A stretch of DNA of 64,000 nucleotides from Trichoplax sp. H2 (Eukaryota), in assembly GCA_003344405.1 (NCBI GenBank), contig NOWV01000003.1, positions 1,178,001-1,242,000 of the forward strand, written 5' to 3'. Shown piece after piece: positions 27,501 to 42,500 of the stretch; the first letter of the stretch is position 1; every line of letters begins with the position of its first letter. The translations under genes were made by a program, and so were the position numbers. Under the pieces are notes generated by a model. That model did not search any database. It worked only from the letters and a program-made list of their open reading frames with translations, and was not told the origin of the DNA.

Positions 27501-30500
27501 ATCTGATTTTGTTAAATCAGGAATTGAATTGATTTCAAAACTACCGATATGAGTATGATATACCAGCTACATGTGTAACCGTTAAGTAATGGATTGGCTG
27601 CTTCAATTTACCAATAGGTCTTTACCGCGATGGTTCAGTAACCTAGCATATGAAATTGAAAAGAAGCGTTAATTATAGTGCTTGCCAATGTTCTTATTAT
27701 ATTAGCACCATAATCGTACTATAACGTGAATGGTAAGTCAAGATATGTACCACAGAATATATATCATGAGACAGATACTCATTAAAGACTACAAAGAGTC
27801 TATAGCTCTCATGAGTAGTCTAGCCTTTATCGTTATCATTTAACCCGCGTTTCGAACTTAGAACTGTATATTAGGAAATAGTGCTACCGTATGTATGGAG
27901 TTAATTATAACTATTAGAGCTACCGTGCTGCAACCTACCGGCATGTTCAGTTGTACAGAAACGCTCTAACGAAGCCATAATAAGTTAAATATCATGAATA
28001 TCAACAGCAAATACTGCATGCCTATTACCAACTAAGATTACACCAATATATGATCTTGGAAAAGAATTCCAAATTAGCTAACTTATATATCTATATATAT
28101 ATTTATATATTTTTATACATGTTATATAACTCTCCCATTTTATTAGTGATAGATTGGTAAAATTTTTAATCTTAATTTATTGAGAAATTTTTTAAATAGT
28201 GCTGCTATCTTTTCACGTCATATGGGGCGATTTTATAACTGATTAACTCGTCGTGTATACATTTATATTATATCCTAATAATGTCCAGTGCAGTACTAAT
28301 AGTCAGACTGATTTGATATTTTAATTTGCTTTTGATTCGCATCATAATGAGATGACTTGACAAAGTAGATAGTTATCGTCGATGAAACTAAGTACTAGAA
28401 GTACTTAAATATCTAGCTTAATATCTACATTTTCTAGCCTTTTACAAATTCGTTTTGGGTAGCTCAGGAAGATATCTGGTATTTTCGTGTATCATTTACA
28501 TGCATACTTTAATTCACTACTGACTATAGATTACAGGGTGTAATTAATACAATTATTACCATTAAGTTGTAAAAGCTAAGCTGGAAAACAACGTAATCTT
28601 TCCATTATTGATTGATTCTAATCAAGAAAAGAAAAATTCTCTATTAATATTTTGTAAAGATCTGGTAGAATATAACATTATAAGTATTCTATTTAAAGAA
28701 TGTGAAGGCTATCAGTTCGGTCATGTAGGATGAGAAGCTGCTAATCTTGGATGAATATACATTCAATTTGGGTATACGCGGAAGGGGTTAGTATTTATTG
28801 ACAACTAGTAGATTATTTTGCTTTTCAGCTTAGAGTGAGAAAATACGAGTGTCAAACTGGTAGCTCTTAAGACGAAAATATATCAAAATTACTGGTGTAT
28901 GGTATGCAGTTTTAATCTAATTCAATGCATGCCGGTACTAATAATTAGCAGGTGTTAATTATAGGGCTTTTGCAATCTGGGTATTAAGAATTAAAGCCAT
29001 TATGCAGGGTTATGGTTCGTTTATATCCATATAACGCTACAGATATGAATAATTTTCTGAGCTATTTTTCGCATAAATATCTATTTTAACTAATTATTAA
29101 GTTAGCGTTTTGTTGTTCCTGTAATATCGGTATTAAAAACAGAGTTGCCATTAGATTATCTTACATCCGCCATTACTATTCTAAAATTTACTAGCTATTC
29201 TGGAATGTATAAACATTTAAAAGCTAGGAGATACTATGGCATACGAAATTATTTTCCTTCAGATCTAATCAGTTTGCCGTAATCTTTGTTTTCTTAATTA
29301 GGTGGCTAACTATACAATTACGGCAAGGTAGTTAAAGATAGAAAAGCCTATCAAATAGATATAACGCAACTCATCATCTTTAATATAATCTAAAGCAATG
29401 ATTAATTACATTTTAATGTTATTTTAGAATTTTACATTTTTATGGCCCTTGAATCGGTTTATTGCTAGACAGTTTCGCTATCAATTAAGTAACTGAAAAA
29501 TTAGTAAATATATTCTAAATTTAAGACTACAAATAAACGTATTTGTGAATGCGGCGCCACAAATATTATATATCCTTTCTTCTATCATATTGTTTACTTC
29601 GATGACGATGGTATTTATGCTATAGTAAATAGTATTTTATCTAGATCATTAATATTTTATAATTCAAGAATAACATCAATCTTACAAGATGAATGCAACT
29701 GCTCTACTAAGACTTAATTAGATATCGAAGGTATCAGCTGCCTACTCATGCTCAGTCTTTGGCTATGTCAAGAAAATGCAGCACAGTGTTTTGCACGTTG
29801 ATAAGAATCATACTGAAGGGGAATTCTCTTAAGCTATAGTACAGTATGCTTCAATACTGCACCCTGTATCGATTTTTTTATATATATAATCTTGATACTT
29901 AAGGGCCATAGAATTATTTCTATACTAGTCACTGACGATGATCATTAATAAATCCGTATACGAGTATTATTTTAGCTAGATAGCACGAAATCTTGCTAGT
30001 AACTATTTGACAGTATATCTACTCATCTTATAAAAAATTTCTGTTCTATTAATATCATTATTCGAAGTTGCGATAGCCAGACTCGAAACGGTTTACCCTT
30101 AAAACAATAGTAGAAGAAGAGCTAATTGGTTTCTAATTTACTTAATTTTGATTATCATTTGATCTACGCTATTTAAAGTTGATAGTAGCTGTTTGAGATG
30201 TATATTACTGCTACATGTACTATCACACAGCAATCAGTCGCTAGTGCTCTTTCCTTTACAGTTATTATGTTTCAATTACAGTTTCAACGCTATAGCAATA
30301 ACCAGTTTTGTAGGCAGATAAAACTAGTGAGTAGCTAAACAAATTCGTTTCAAATGAATAAAGTAAGCTTTAAAATACTGTTTTAGGACTTTTTGATGAC
30401 GTATTTTCTTTCGAAAATCCGATAATAGTATGTGAGTGGTTTATAAAAATACGTAAGACTATTTGCTAGCGAATGGTACAAACGCTCGTGTGCTAATTCC

Positions 30501-33500
30501 AGCTTTTAGTTGATATCATATCAATGAGTACTCAGCATTTATTGTTAGCTTATTTATACCAAAGTAATATTTGTGACTGTCATTGATGATGCTGATGAAG
30601 TAGCGCGTATGCACTGTACAATCTGAAAGGAATCCTAAATTTATCCCACTGAAATCATTCGGTATAGATGAATGATTTATCTGGAGTTGATCGGACAGTC
30701 TTGACGTTATCGTTCATTAAAGGATTATCTATCAGAAAGATAACCATAATTAGTTTATCTACTTAGTTCTAGCAACTGATGGAATACTGCTGCGAGATTT
30801 ATTCTTTCATATTACTAGTATGTAAAGGTTGCAATTTCATTGATTTTTTGTGTGTTATTTACGAATACCCGTATGAAATTTCTTTGCTATACCGAAGAAA
30901 CAGCAGCTACACTATCTCAATCCGCTCACTCCATGCTAAATAATATAATTACACTGTAAAAATGGTAGCCGGATTTTTCGTAGCACAATACTGAACAGGA
31001 TTGCCTATACAACCGATATCATATCCAAATTAAGTTCAATAACCTACGAAAGACATTTTCTTCTTCTATTTTATCTATCTGGCAAACATGAAACCGATAA
31101 GGAAACATATGTAATACTTACCTTAAATGTAGATATTATGCCTAACTGTTTTTATAGATCACATGATCAGTACTTATCTAAGAATATATAGTAGTTTTTG
31201 GTGGTGGAACCTAAGTGCTGCTTTTCTGACACAGTTTGTAAGCTTAACCGTTTGATATTCCTTGAGATTCCAATAATTCAGGATTTTAGTATTTTATGAC
31301 AATGTTTGTATAGGAAAACGAGATTGAAATGGTTAACATAGAGCAAAGAAATAAGAAATTTTACGATAAAACTATTGCATTTTAATATGGATTAATTTTC
31401 TGTATGTTGTACATTACTAATTGAGGAATAAGTGGTTTAAAAATAAATTGGATTTCCTAAAATTCATTTATCTACAACAACTTAGCAATTATGCTCATCT
31501 GTAGGGTATTCAAAACTTAATGATTAAATTAAGATTATTATTGTCTACTTTTGCACGTGCTTTCGTTCAGTTTATCTTTAATTAGTCTATTCTCTTAGCA
31601 TAGAAGAAAAAATACTTATGGCCTCTACAATTGTTATTGATTACGTCAAATAGCTTAAATCAAGATCGAGACTTTCTATTTTTATACAGTATCCCGGTTG
31701 TTAAATACATGAATAGATTCGACAATGTAGATTTAAGTGACAAGACTAACACGATTCTCCTCCCCCATTTCTACTTCCATTTGCATTTCTTCCTTATTTG
31801 TCTTATTCCGATACGTAAATCTCGATTGTCCATAAAAATCTGCTAATGCCTATATTCATTTAGATATTTAATTACCTATTGAAACCATTTTAGGAAATTT
31901 TCCTTACACAGTCTTCCTCATTAACTAATGTTATGCCAAAATTCAAAAAGGAATTGAAAATATTTGTCAAATCCTCTAATCATTTTAAATCATGCAGTCC
32001 ATCCTATATGTTAGCTACTGCACAAATCCATTCCAAGCCATGGTAACGGATTAGCAATATTTGAGAGAGTATCAGAAATCCTTAGAGTACGAATCGTTGG
32101 TAATTCTTTTGCATAGAATAAAACCGTAAAATTTTATTTTTTCTTGTCTTTTAATTCGTATTCCAATGGTAGTCTATTTTAAGTATCAGGTGGTACGCAT
32201 ATGTACAGACATTTATCTTTCTTTAACATTGTAGTTGCTGGTCTCTATTTGATAATTCGTTAGTCCTTTATTTTAAGGTACGAGAGAAAAATTAGTTTAC
32301 GTTTAGTACTGTGCTTGATATCTATCACCTCTACAACTAGAATTTGACAAAGAATTTTATTCCATTTTGAGCTTGACGTGAATATTATTACATGTATCTT
32401 AAGTTCAGAATTAATACATTTATGTAAGACTGCATCATAAACAAAAAATATAAATCGACAAAACTGGAGATAAACATGATATCTAGCAATTTGCTACCAG
32501 CCTTACTGACTGATACTGATCAAAATCCTTTAATAGCTATTGTATTACTTATCATATCAATCCTATTATATTTTTTTAAATCATTAGTTTCTTGCTAAAG
32601 TAAAGCTTAATTGACCTGAAACTAAAGGACAGATATTCTGGAAGACCTTTAAAGTTAAGAAAAGTTGCAAAGGCCCTGAAGGTAAATCACTCTATTTAGT
32701 TTAATTTAACTTCCGAATTTACGAAATAGTTAGAATAGCAGTTTAATCTGCAGTATTCCTATGTTATTTAAACTCTTTCATCGATATTTTCCGTTAACAC
32801 ATCTACAAGTATATTCAATGTTTAATAACGATAAGATAGTTTGATTAGAAACTGGCGTGTACTATCGAACAATAAATGATTACAACGTGAAATTCTTGGA
32901 TTGAAGTAATAACACTTATCGAAAAATACGAATAGTCCTATTCATCCATTGAACTTTTATACTGATCTAATACTACATAATGGTTTCTTGCTAAATTTTT
33001 AAGCCAATTACTCTACAATCATAATTACTTCTCTAGGATCAATTTAACATTTGATAGTATAATATTTATCGAGATTCTCTACTATGCACTATTTACATGT
33101 AATAGAGAAATATAATTGATATCAGTTGTCCACTGGATTGATCATAGACATTAATGGGTATCTTAAAATGGAAGAGGCTGGCCAAGATTGATAGACATAG
33201 TCATATTACTGTTAACCATATTCAAGGGGTATTGGGAAGTAAAATGAAAATTACCCTTAATAAAATGTAGCTATAATGCCCTGTATAAGGTTCTGCATTA
33301 TTCAGAAATTGACAAATTGTGCCGAGTAGTGGTTTAAATGTATGGTGAAGAATTATGGTATTTACAACAATTAGCTTTGTTTGGGCTTGGTATTTATAGG
33401 AGATCATGCTTCATTTTATGCCGATTGACTAACTATTATTTTTCAGCATTTGATGCTTACCATTTAGTTAAGGTGATGGCTAGAAATCATCGCTAATTTA

Positions 33501-36500
33501 TTGACATCTATTTGTTAATTAACATAGCTATACTTAGTAATAAGTACAGTTCTTGGAATTTAATTAGTTTTAAAATTAAAATATAAGCTGATAGTAATAG
33601 TTGTCGATATCTGAAAAAATAAATACCAGCAAGCTCTGTCTCTAGCCTAGTAATTCATATTAGCGATTTACAGAGTTACTTTTATCCCCATTGCGATACA
33701 GCGAAAGTTTTGATTAACCTACAAACTTCATGCTAATCACAGCTTAATGAAAAGGATTAATAGTTAAATTAAATGCTTATACAGCCTAGCTCTGCAAATA
33801 AATACGAAATTGCAGATAAGTCTAAAAAAAAGATTTTAAGAAACTTTCTTACTTACACTTTGTTCAACAATAAATCGGAAACGATACTTACGTAAGTTGA
33901 TAAGTTGAAGTCCTTAATGAAAAGGTTATTGTTAATTGTAACTTCCTTTAGTACTACTTTGCCCAATGGTATCTAAAATTTGGCTTATGCCTAGGATACC
34001 TTATTAAATCGTAACGTCTAAAAATAGCGATACTGCGCACATTTAAATCTCCTACAAAACTATAGTACAGCTAATTTGTTCGTATCGATTCTTGCCTGCA
34101 ATTATGGCTTTCTACTGAATATTTCGCACTGAGAGATATATAGCTAAAACGCAAACCGAGATTAGGAATTGCAAGTCCCTTATATTGAAACGAAGCTACT
34201 TTCGTTAACATTTCAATTACCATATCAACAATATTCAAGTAATTGACGCTAGGGTAATTAAAAGGATAGAAATACTATTACCTATGACTGCTAACTCAAG
34301 ATTAAACTTATATGTTACGGTACTTTATAAGTCTAATATTATAGCTAATTCACATAGGAAAAACTGCATTTCCTTCATATTTCTGTAGGTACAGTTTTAT
34401 ATATCTTCATTTTGCATCTTCAAACCGTGTTCATCGTTAATTAAAATTTCTTATCTATATTAAATATAATTAAACTTAGTATAAAGTTTAGGTTTTAATT
34501 TACAGTTAAATGCCAGTTATAGCAACTTGAAAGGGATCTTTAAGATTTAAACTTACGCATAGATAATTTATACCCCCGGCAGCTATAGAATTTCTACTGA
34601 TTACTTTGCGTTGTGTTGGAGTTACTTTCTGGAACGTTTGCTATGCATGCAGCGGTTATTGTTGGTAATTTGTTCAGCTAATCTTAAAATTTTTCTAACA
34701 AAACCTTAAAACATGTAACATAGAAGACTTTACTAGCTACAAGTCCTTATATGCATATAGATCACAGTGCTTGGAAATTTAGTGGTTTGAACATAGAAAC
34801 CTTAATAGCATATTGTATTAGTCTATTATCCTTGAATAGCGTATAAATGGAACCCTTGTATTATATTATGCAAGAGCTTTAGCAGAAAGATCAATTTACA
34901 TTACGGTTTATAAAACTGAGCAATATCGAAGGATTATTAAAGTTGTGATACTCGATCACGTACGAGTACAGCTAGTAGAAGAAGATCTGCCGCTTAAATA
35001 GTTTAGATTAAACCGACAGTCAGGTTTAGTACATAAGTTAGATAATTAATATGGTACTTAAAGATATTGATATTAGAGTCAATTCGTGTTTTACTGGAGT
35101 TTACGGTATCTAACGAGGTTATAATCATGAAAATAGAGTAGCTTGTTACTTTTCTTACAAATGCATCCATGACATTTTAGAGTTGAGAGTATTCCCTGAT
35201 AAATAATCCGAGTAGTAATCTCAATATTACCGAATGTTCTTATAAAATATTAACACGATATTTACATCTGAGATACATTATACGACTAAGAGAAATTTAT
35301 ATAATTCTTAATGGAGCCAATTATATCTTACTTGATAAATCAAAGCAATATAATTATTTAAATCATAGAATATCCAGGTATCATTTATAGTAAAAATAAT
35401 TAAATTAGCATATTGTCTATATTGCTATTGCTAAGAATTGAGACTTTGAAATAATACTGATAAGATTATGAATCGTAAAAGGGTTACAGAAATTATGAAT
35501 ATCAGCGCTATTGTAAGTAAAGTACTAATTTTAATTTTTAGTAACATAAACTACAACAAAATTTGATTCCAGGTACATGTATCTGTAGCGTTTAAGAATT
35601 TGTAATTGTAAAATCTAAATCAGAAACTAACTTGCTATAAACAATGTTGTTGACCGCTATGGGGAGATGAGAGTGCAATCAAGGCATTATATAAAATAAG
35701 TCCATCTAACTAAAAACGACTTTTCGAATATTATTGCAATCATGATGCACTAATTTGCTTTATGCTACTCATCTACAATATAATTTATTAACTGAATGTT
35801 TTACCAAGTGAGGATCTTAACGATAGTTATAACTAGAACCTTCAGTTCCTTAATATTTGTATTCCGTATTAACGATCTATCATACCCTGTTAGCCTAAAT
35901 TTCATGTTGGAGTTATCATCAATGCTGTATTTTTATCAGCAATGACATTCTATCAATGGTATACAGTCCGAGACGAGTTTTGCCCAGTGTTCTATACAAA
36001 ATAAGATACGGCACTAGTCAATATGCATACTTTGTTTCATTTCGTAAGGAAAAGATGCTTTCTACTTTATAGAATAGATTTATAATCTGTATTGTCTTTC
36101 GATGGATTATTATAGAAAATTTTTTGACCTATTCTATATCTTAATCATCGATTTAGGTAGGAGATATTAAACTATCTCAAGTATAACCAACCTTTTATTC
36201 GATTGAGTTCGATCATTTGATTGTAAACAGGATGGATATGTCATAATTAATAGAATGTGTTGTCTTTGTATTAAGATGATAATAATGATGAATTTAACTT
36301 TTTGACTGTGATTACGTGTTCCTAAGATCAAAGAGCATCACATGTTTTAGTCAACTGCTACCATAATTATTTTAACGTTAAATACAGTAAAAGTTATGAC
36401 TTTATACTGTACATTTGAGATTCTAAATGATAAGAATAACTCTAATAACATTATATAGTGGATAATTCGATTGTCCACGTATATAGACCATTAATATAAA

Positions 36501-39500
36501 GATTAAGCTGCCATCTCTGGTTATTTTAAAGATTTATATCTATAATAATTAAAAGAATTTCTTGAATAGCTGAATTACAACACTATTGATGAATAAGTGA
36601 TGCTGGTAGACTTATTACCATTAGTGTTGTCTCTTAATTTAATTATAGCAATAAGATAACATACATTTATCAATACAATCTGTAGTTCAAAGAAAAGGTC
36701 AAACTAATGACTTGTTGCCCAATTAAACAGAAAGAAAGTAGTATTTTTTTTAATTGAATTGATAGTGGCGCCACAGCTAATTATCTAAGTATTATCAACG
36801 ACGATTTCCTTGCTCTTATTGTTATTTGCCAAGTGTTGTTTCCCATCATTTCCACCTGGAGTAACTTTTACTTTAATTGCTTCTATTATATTATTTCGTC
36901 TAAAGCAATACTTTAAGATAACAGGCCTATTATCGAACACTTGATGATAAGTGGCTACTCGATAAATTTATCATCATCGTAACTGAAACTTAATAATTTA
37001 CATTTATTTCAGTGGAGTACTACATACATATTAGCAAATACTAATAAAAGCCAGTTTGAAAAATCTACTTTATGTAATAGACGCAAAATGTACATTTTTT
37101 TGAGTTCGTTGGAAGGGCCTGTTCGTGTTCATTCTATCATAAAGTTATCTATTTTTACCTATAGATATATATAATATGGAACAAGCACTGCAATTGGCTT
37201 TTATTATATAGTTAAAAAATTTAACTGATATCGATATAATACATATAGTATTAACAAGACTTACGCTTGGATTCCCTGCATCCATGATTGTGAAAGTTAA
37301 CAAAGATGAGATGGTCATGAATTATCTAAGAAAAACATACTTGTTTTTGTTATACATCATTTGATCTTCACCCTTGGCGATTGTTTTCCCTAAAAATTTT
37401 ATTGTATCAATGCACCATATTCAGTGCCAAAAGTAAATAGATTTTGCTTCTATTACAGAGCTAAAGACGAGATATTGCTGAGATTTTGATGACTGTCAAG
37501 TAAATAGGTTCATAGTCAAATTGAAATATTCGGTTATTTATATCCTCTATATATGGACGTTTAAATTACACGTGCAAGAATAAAGTCATTAGTATTAGTT
37601 ATTAAAATTTAAGGATTGGCTTTAATAGGAAAGGCTTGAGCCATGCTGTCTACTATTGAAATTGTTCATTTCCGATCAACTGTGTTGGCATCATCATCCA
37701 ATGCTATCGTTATAAGACATGAATTCAAACAAAAGTAACAATAACAAATGTGATCTCAATCTCATTTTTTATCTTAATTATTTCAATACTTATTATTTTA
37801 CTACATTAATGAATTTTAATGAAAAATAATACCGATGGAAGCGATTGTATACCTTTAAGTTATCAGGAATGATGTGGGGAGGGGTACTTTGAATGAAAAG
37901 GAAATATCGGGCAAAGCATTATCACCTGACAATGTCCAAACGGCATATAAATAAAATGGACTGGATTGCATGAAGCTTTATAATGCTTAACCACAGTGTG
38001 CTGTTAATTGATATCATTTTGTTTCTTTTCCAATAATCCTCTACCAAGGATATACGGATATATCGGCAAATATCGATTGACAAATATCGCTAGATATATT
38101 TTTAATCTTATAGCTATTACAAAATTAATCATTATTAATATTATTAGTACGATTTGACCGAGCAGATTTTCATAGGCAGTAATAGTTATCGTTAATTTTC
38201 CATATACATGATTATAAAGAAATATAGCTGTGTTTATTAAACATAGAGCGTACTAGATATGGAATTTAAGTAAAGTATGAGTGAATAAAATAACGATAAA
38301 CGGTGTGGGTGTTCAACTTTTGATAATTACCCTTATCATAACCTTGAACTTTTGTGAATTTCTATTTCACCTATTTTGCTTCCGCTGACAGAGTAAAAAT
38401 GACTCTCCTGAATAGGCTTGAAAACTTTCGAGCAACGATTTTCTCTATTCAAGAAGTAAAATTAGCTTTATTGTGATCCTCTTGATCTAAGTCTATATTT
38501 CTATTATACCTATTGATCTTTCGATAAAAAAATAACAAAATAACTATTGTGATTTTGAAGTAACGCTGTTCTAGGCCATACTTGCGATATCTGTAGCGAA
38601 GTATTGAAAAATGCTCATAGAATTCATTTTTCATTATAATGAATAATTATAGCACTAGGCTATTGCCAGAATCTGAAAGCAATTTTTTCAATTATCAAAT
38701 ATATTATATTGAAAAATAGTCATTTTTATAATAAGTAATACCTGTTATATTTTTGAAATCATTTTAGATTCCCTATAATTGTAATATGTTAATGGCATCT
38801 TAACTCAAATTGATTGTGTATTTGATCCTTTTACTTTAGTTTTTGTCCAGTGGTTGCTTAAAGTATTTTCCTTAAATAAGAATTTCAAATAGCCCATCAG
38901 AAAACAACTTTAACAACCTGCAAGAAAGATTCTGAAGGACATTGCAAATAACGGTATGTGTGACTAAATTCGTACAAGCTTACGCGTGTATATACAATCT
39001 CATGAATACATAAATATTTATCTAGCACTCGTACTATTTCTAAATTGATTGCACGACACACTTTAAGACCATCGTTAGAGTAAAAATTGCTTTAAATAGT
39101 GGACGAATGTAAAATACCTCGTGAAGATAACTTTATGCTAGGAACTAGTACATTATTAGTAAGATATCATAAGCAAGAGTAGCTAGCAAAACATGTAGAG
39201 TACTGCGGTACCAATTGCATATTGATCAAGAAATTAGTTGATCTTCAATTGTATATTCTAAATGAGAATCATTCGTTTTGCCGAAAATTATAGCGTCTCG
39301 TTACTTAGGTAAAATTAGTTTTAACATTTCTTTCAAAATTCGTAGTATTAGCAGATAATAGGTAGTGAACAAGAAGCGTAGGAACGTCATCTGAGATAGA
39401 AATATTGTAGTGTATGAGCTATTATATCATTTTTGAACAATCGAAATACAGTATTTGACTTTCTGTTAGATAAAGTGGGCAAATTTATTTCTATATATGA

Positions 39501-42500
39501 ACAGAATTAGCAATCAAGAAGAGTTAATTATCTGTTATGAAAGTGAAACTTATCTATTTGACTTATTTATTCAGTAGTAGATAGGATGGTATAATTATTT
39601 TCCAAGTGAAAATACTTTATTGAAGGCTCTATTTTAACACCCTAGTGGGAATTGAAAGCATTAAAACGAAACTCTGAGCCTCACTCACTCTATAGAAATT
39701 ATCTTTGTAATTATGTTTGTCTCTCACAGTACTGCAATGGAAATGAGGAAAACTCTGCCCATTTTAACATATACTAATCCCAATGTCGTTATTTAGTGTC
39801 ACAAATGCGCGTGTGTAAATTTCTGTTAAGAAGTCAAGGCCAGTATCATAAGACTTCTTTTGATAAAATACAAAGTTTTTTTACTCATTCTGCGGCAATA
39901 AATTATATTTTTGTGTCCGAGATTAGAATTTTTATAAGAATTAGCAATCACGAAGGGAAAAGAGTAATTTAAAACGAATTTTTATTAGGTTTTAGACACA
40001 TACGTATACACATATCTTAGAGAGTAAAGCTGATAATCAATAGTCGGAAGAACTATAAATTTTTGAAGTAAATTTAAAACAGCAATTGTTTGGAATCAAT
40101 AATGCAGTTATCCCATTGCTTGCCATGTATCAGCGAAATGAAAAGATGGAAAAAGAGTTAAAAGCAGTTTAATCCGTAAGAGCGACTTCTCTTAGTGTTG
40201 GCAATAGGAAATTGTCAGTAGTGGAGTGGTACCGTAGGAAAATGCTGAGGAAGACAGGTCGAACAGTAGATGGGTAGTGGTTAATTTCACATTTCCAATT
40301 TTGATTTATATGATGACAATTACAGTAATAGAACTTTCTAATAAGGGATTCTTTTGCTCTATAATGTGATATCTGTTACGGTGTTACCTCACCGTTAGGG
40401 TAGTTTAATAATTACAGTAGTAACTAATATGGAAAATATCCATATTTATAGTACCAGGGAAGATAAGTAAGGTCTTAACGTGGATATTATTTGTGATAGT
40501 TTATTACATATTTGATATTGATTATTACTATGTATAGATAGTAGTAAGATGATTCAAATTCTAGCTATTGATACTTGAATTAGACAGCATCCAGGCTTAG
40601 ATTAAGATTAAATATGAGTAAGAGATTAAAAATATTTACTAATAGAAAAGCTACGTAAGGAATATCTCAGTTCGAGATATCTCTCCTAGTAAGGTATAAA
40701 AATAATACTGTTGTTATTTACAAATTAGGGAGTTTCTATATAAACGGGAACTTTTGAGTAGAGTTGTGTGGTGAAAAGTTGTAGATGTGTCTATACTAAT
40801 AAAAGTTCTATCTTTACAGTACGTCGCTGTGTTTAACATTTATTAAAGGGGAGTTTAAGTCAGTAATTACTATAGACTTTTACTGTACGTTTCCTTGTCC
40901 CAGAGTTGAAATTGTTTAATTCTACTAGACTGATTCTAGCACAATAACAATTTATCCAAAAGTAATATTATTCCTTTCTTGCATATGGTTGATTTACAAA
41001 TTCGTGTATTAAACTTATGATGATTCTATTTTGTAAATTTGAAGATTGAGAACAAAAAATTGATATCATAGAATAGAAGGAATCCTATATCTGATATTAC
41101 CTTTTATTTTAAAATATGTTAAACTGTAATACAACTGACATGTGACATTTCGAAAATGAAGCGTACAGAGGTTTCTGCAATAACAAAATATCGCGTACGC
41201 AAAATTAGATTATTCTTATGTTGTCTAATCTAATAGGTCAATACTTCAGACAAGGGCTAAGCCTAAAACCAGTGATTCTCCGACATTTCTATTTATAAAA
41301 TATATTCCACTACACTAAATGATTTATTAGAGGCATTGATGAAATTTGGAGGTTACAGTCATACTATGTGCAGTATATAACTTTTGTAGAACTATGCAAA
41401 ATCAGGGTACTAAAATTTGAAACTGGATACGATTCTTCACAAAATAATATACGAGTTTCATGCACTTAAAATCAATCAATGTTTTCAATTTATTACACCA
41501 TCTGTTTGTGAATTAACATAGATGCATAAGTCTTCTTATATCCTATTTTCATAAACTACAGTATCTTATTTTGGCAAGACAATATGCTGCATATAGCAAG
41601 ATTTAATCTTCTGGATCGATCAGTAATTGGAAAAATTAAACGTATCACAATAGAATTTCCTTTCATGATTAAGAATCGATTAATATTGCCAACTTTAATG
41701 CAGGTTAAGATCATATAGATTTATTAAAGTGGCAATACTTAAAATATGAATATTGAAGGAGTGTTCTAAATTTTAATTTTCGAAAGATCGTATTGCAAAG
41801 GGATAATACAGTCTTATCAGAAAGATACTAAACAATATCTTTATTTCGGCTATCTGTAGTAAGAATTTCTTTATTATGCTTGTATTGGGAAATAACGTAT
41901 TCATATAGGGGCTATTTATGTATGCAAGCGTAAAACACATTATAAATTGCTTGGTGACACATGGCCTAAATTTATTTTTAATAATTAAGATTTTAACACT
42001 TAATCCAAAACATCTGTTACTTTTTTCTGATTAATTTAACTGATAAGTATGTGCAATTGCACATATATATATGAATTAGATGTAAGCATTAAATTCGCAT
42101 TTTATCAAATCACGGCAGTTATTCAGCTTAATCAGCTCAAATTGCATGATTTTACGATCAAATAATATATCAAAGCAGATTAATGATATGGATATGTAAC
42201 TTCCAGTTGGTTGGTAAGTCACTTTGAATATTTTTAGTTTAAGTACCATTCCAAGGTACTTTTTAAGATATCAATACATCACTGTCTCTATCCATCGTAG
42301 ATTGCTTAGCAGATAAATAGTAGTCGAAAGATTCTTTTTAACCAATGTATAGCGTAATGATTCTATTGCAATTAATCTATCACTTCATTAATTTTTTTGT
42401 ATTGAAAATGTATAAAATAATGTAGTACTCCGTACCTTAAATTGTAGTGTACTATGCATATCTTGATTGGATAGTTTGATAACTTCAATCTTGCTTAGAA

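Noticed and set aside
39645..39651. GTGGGAA CSL/Su(H)-like site
   Set aside because: Single, not in YGTGRGAA context or a paired arrangement; expected by chance.
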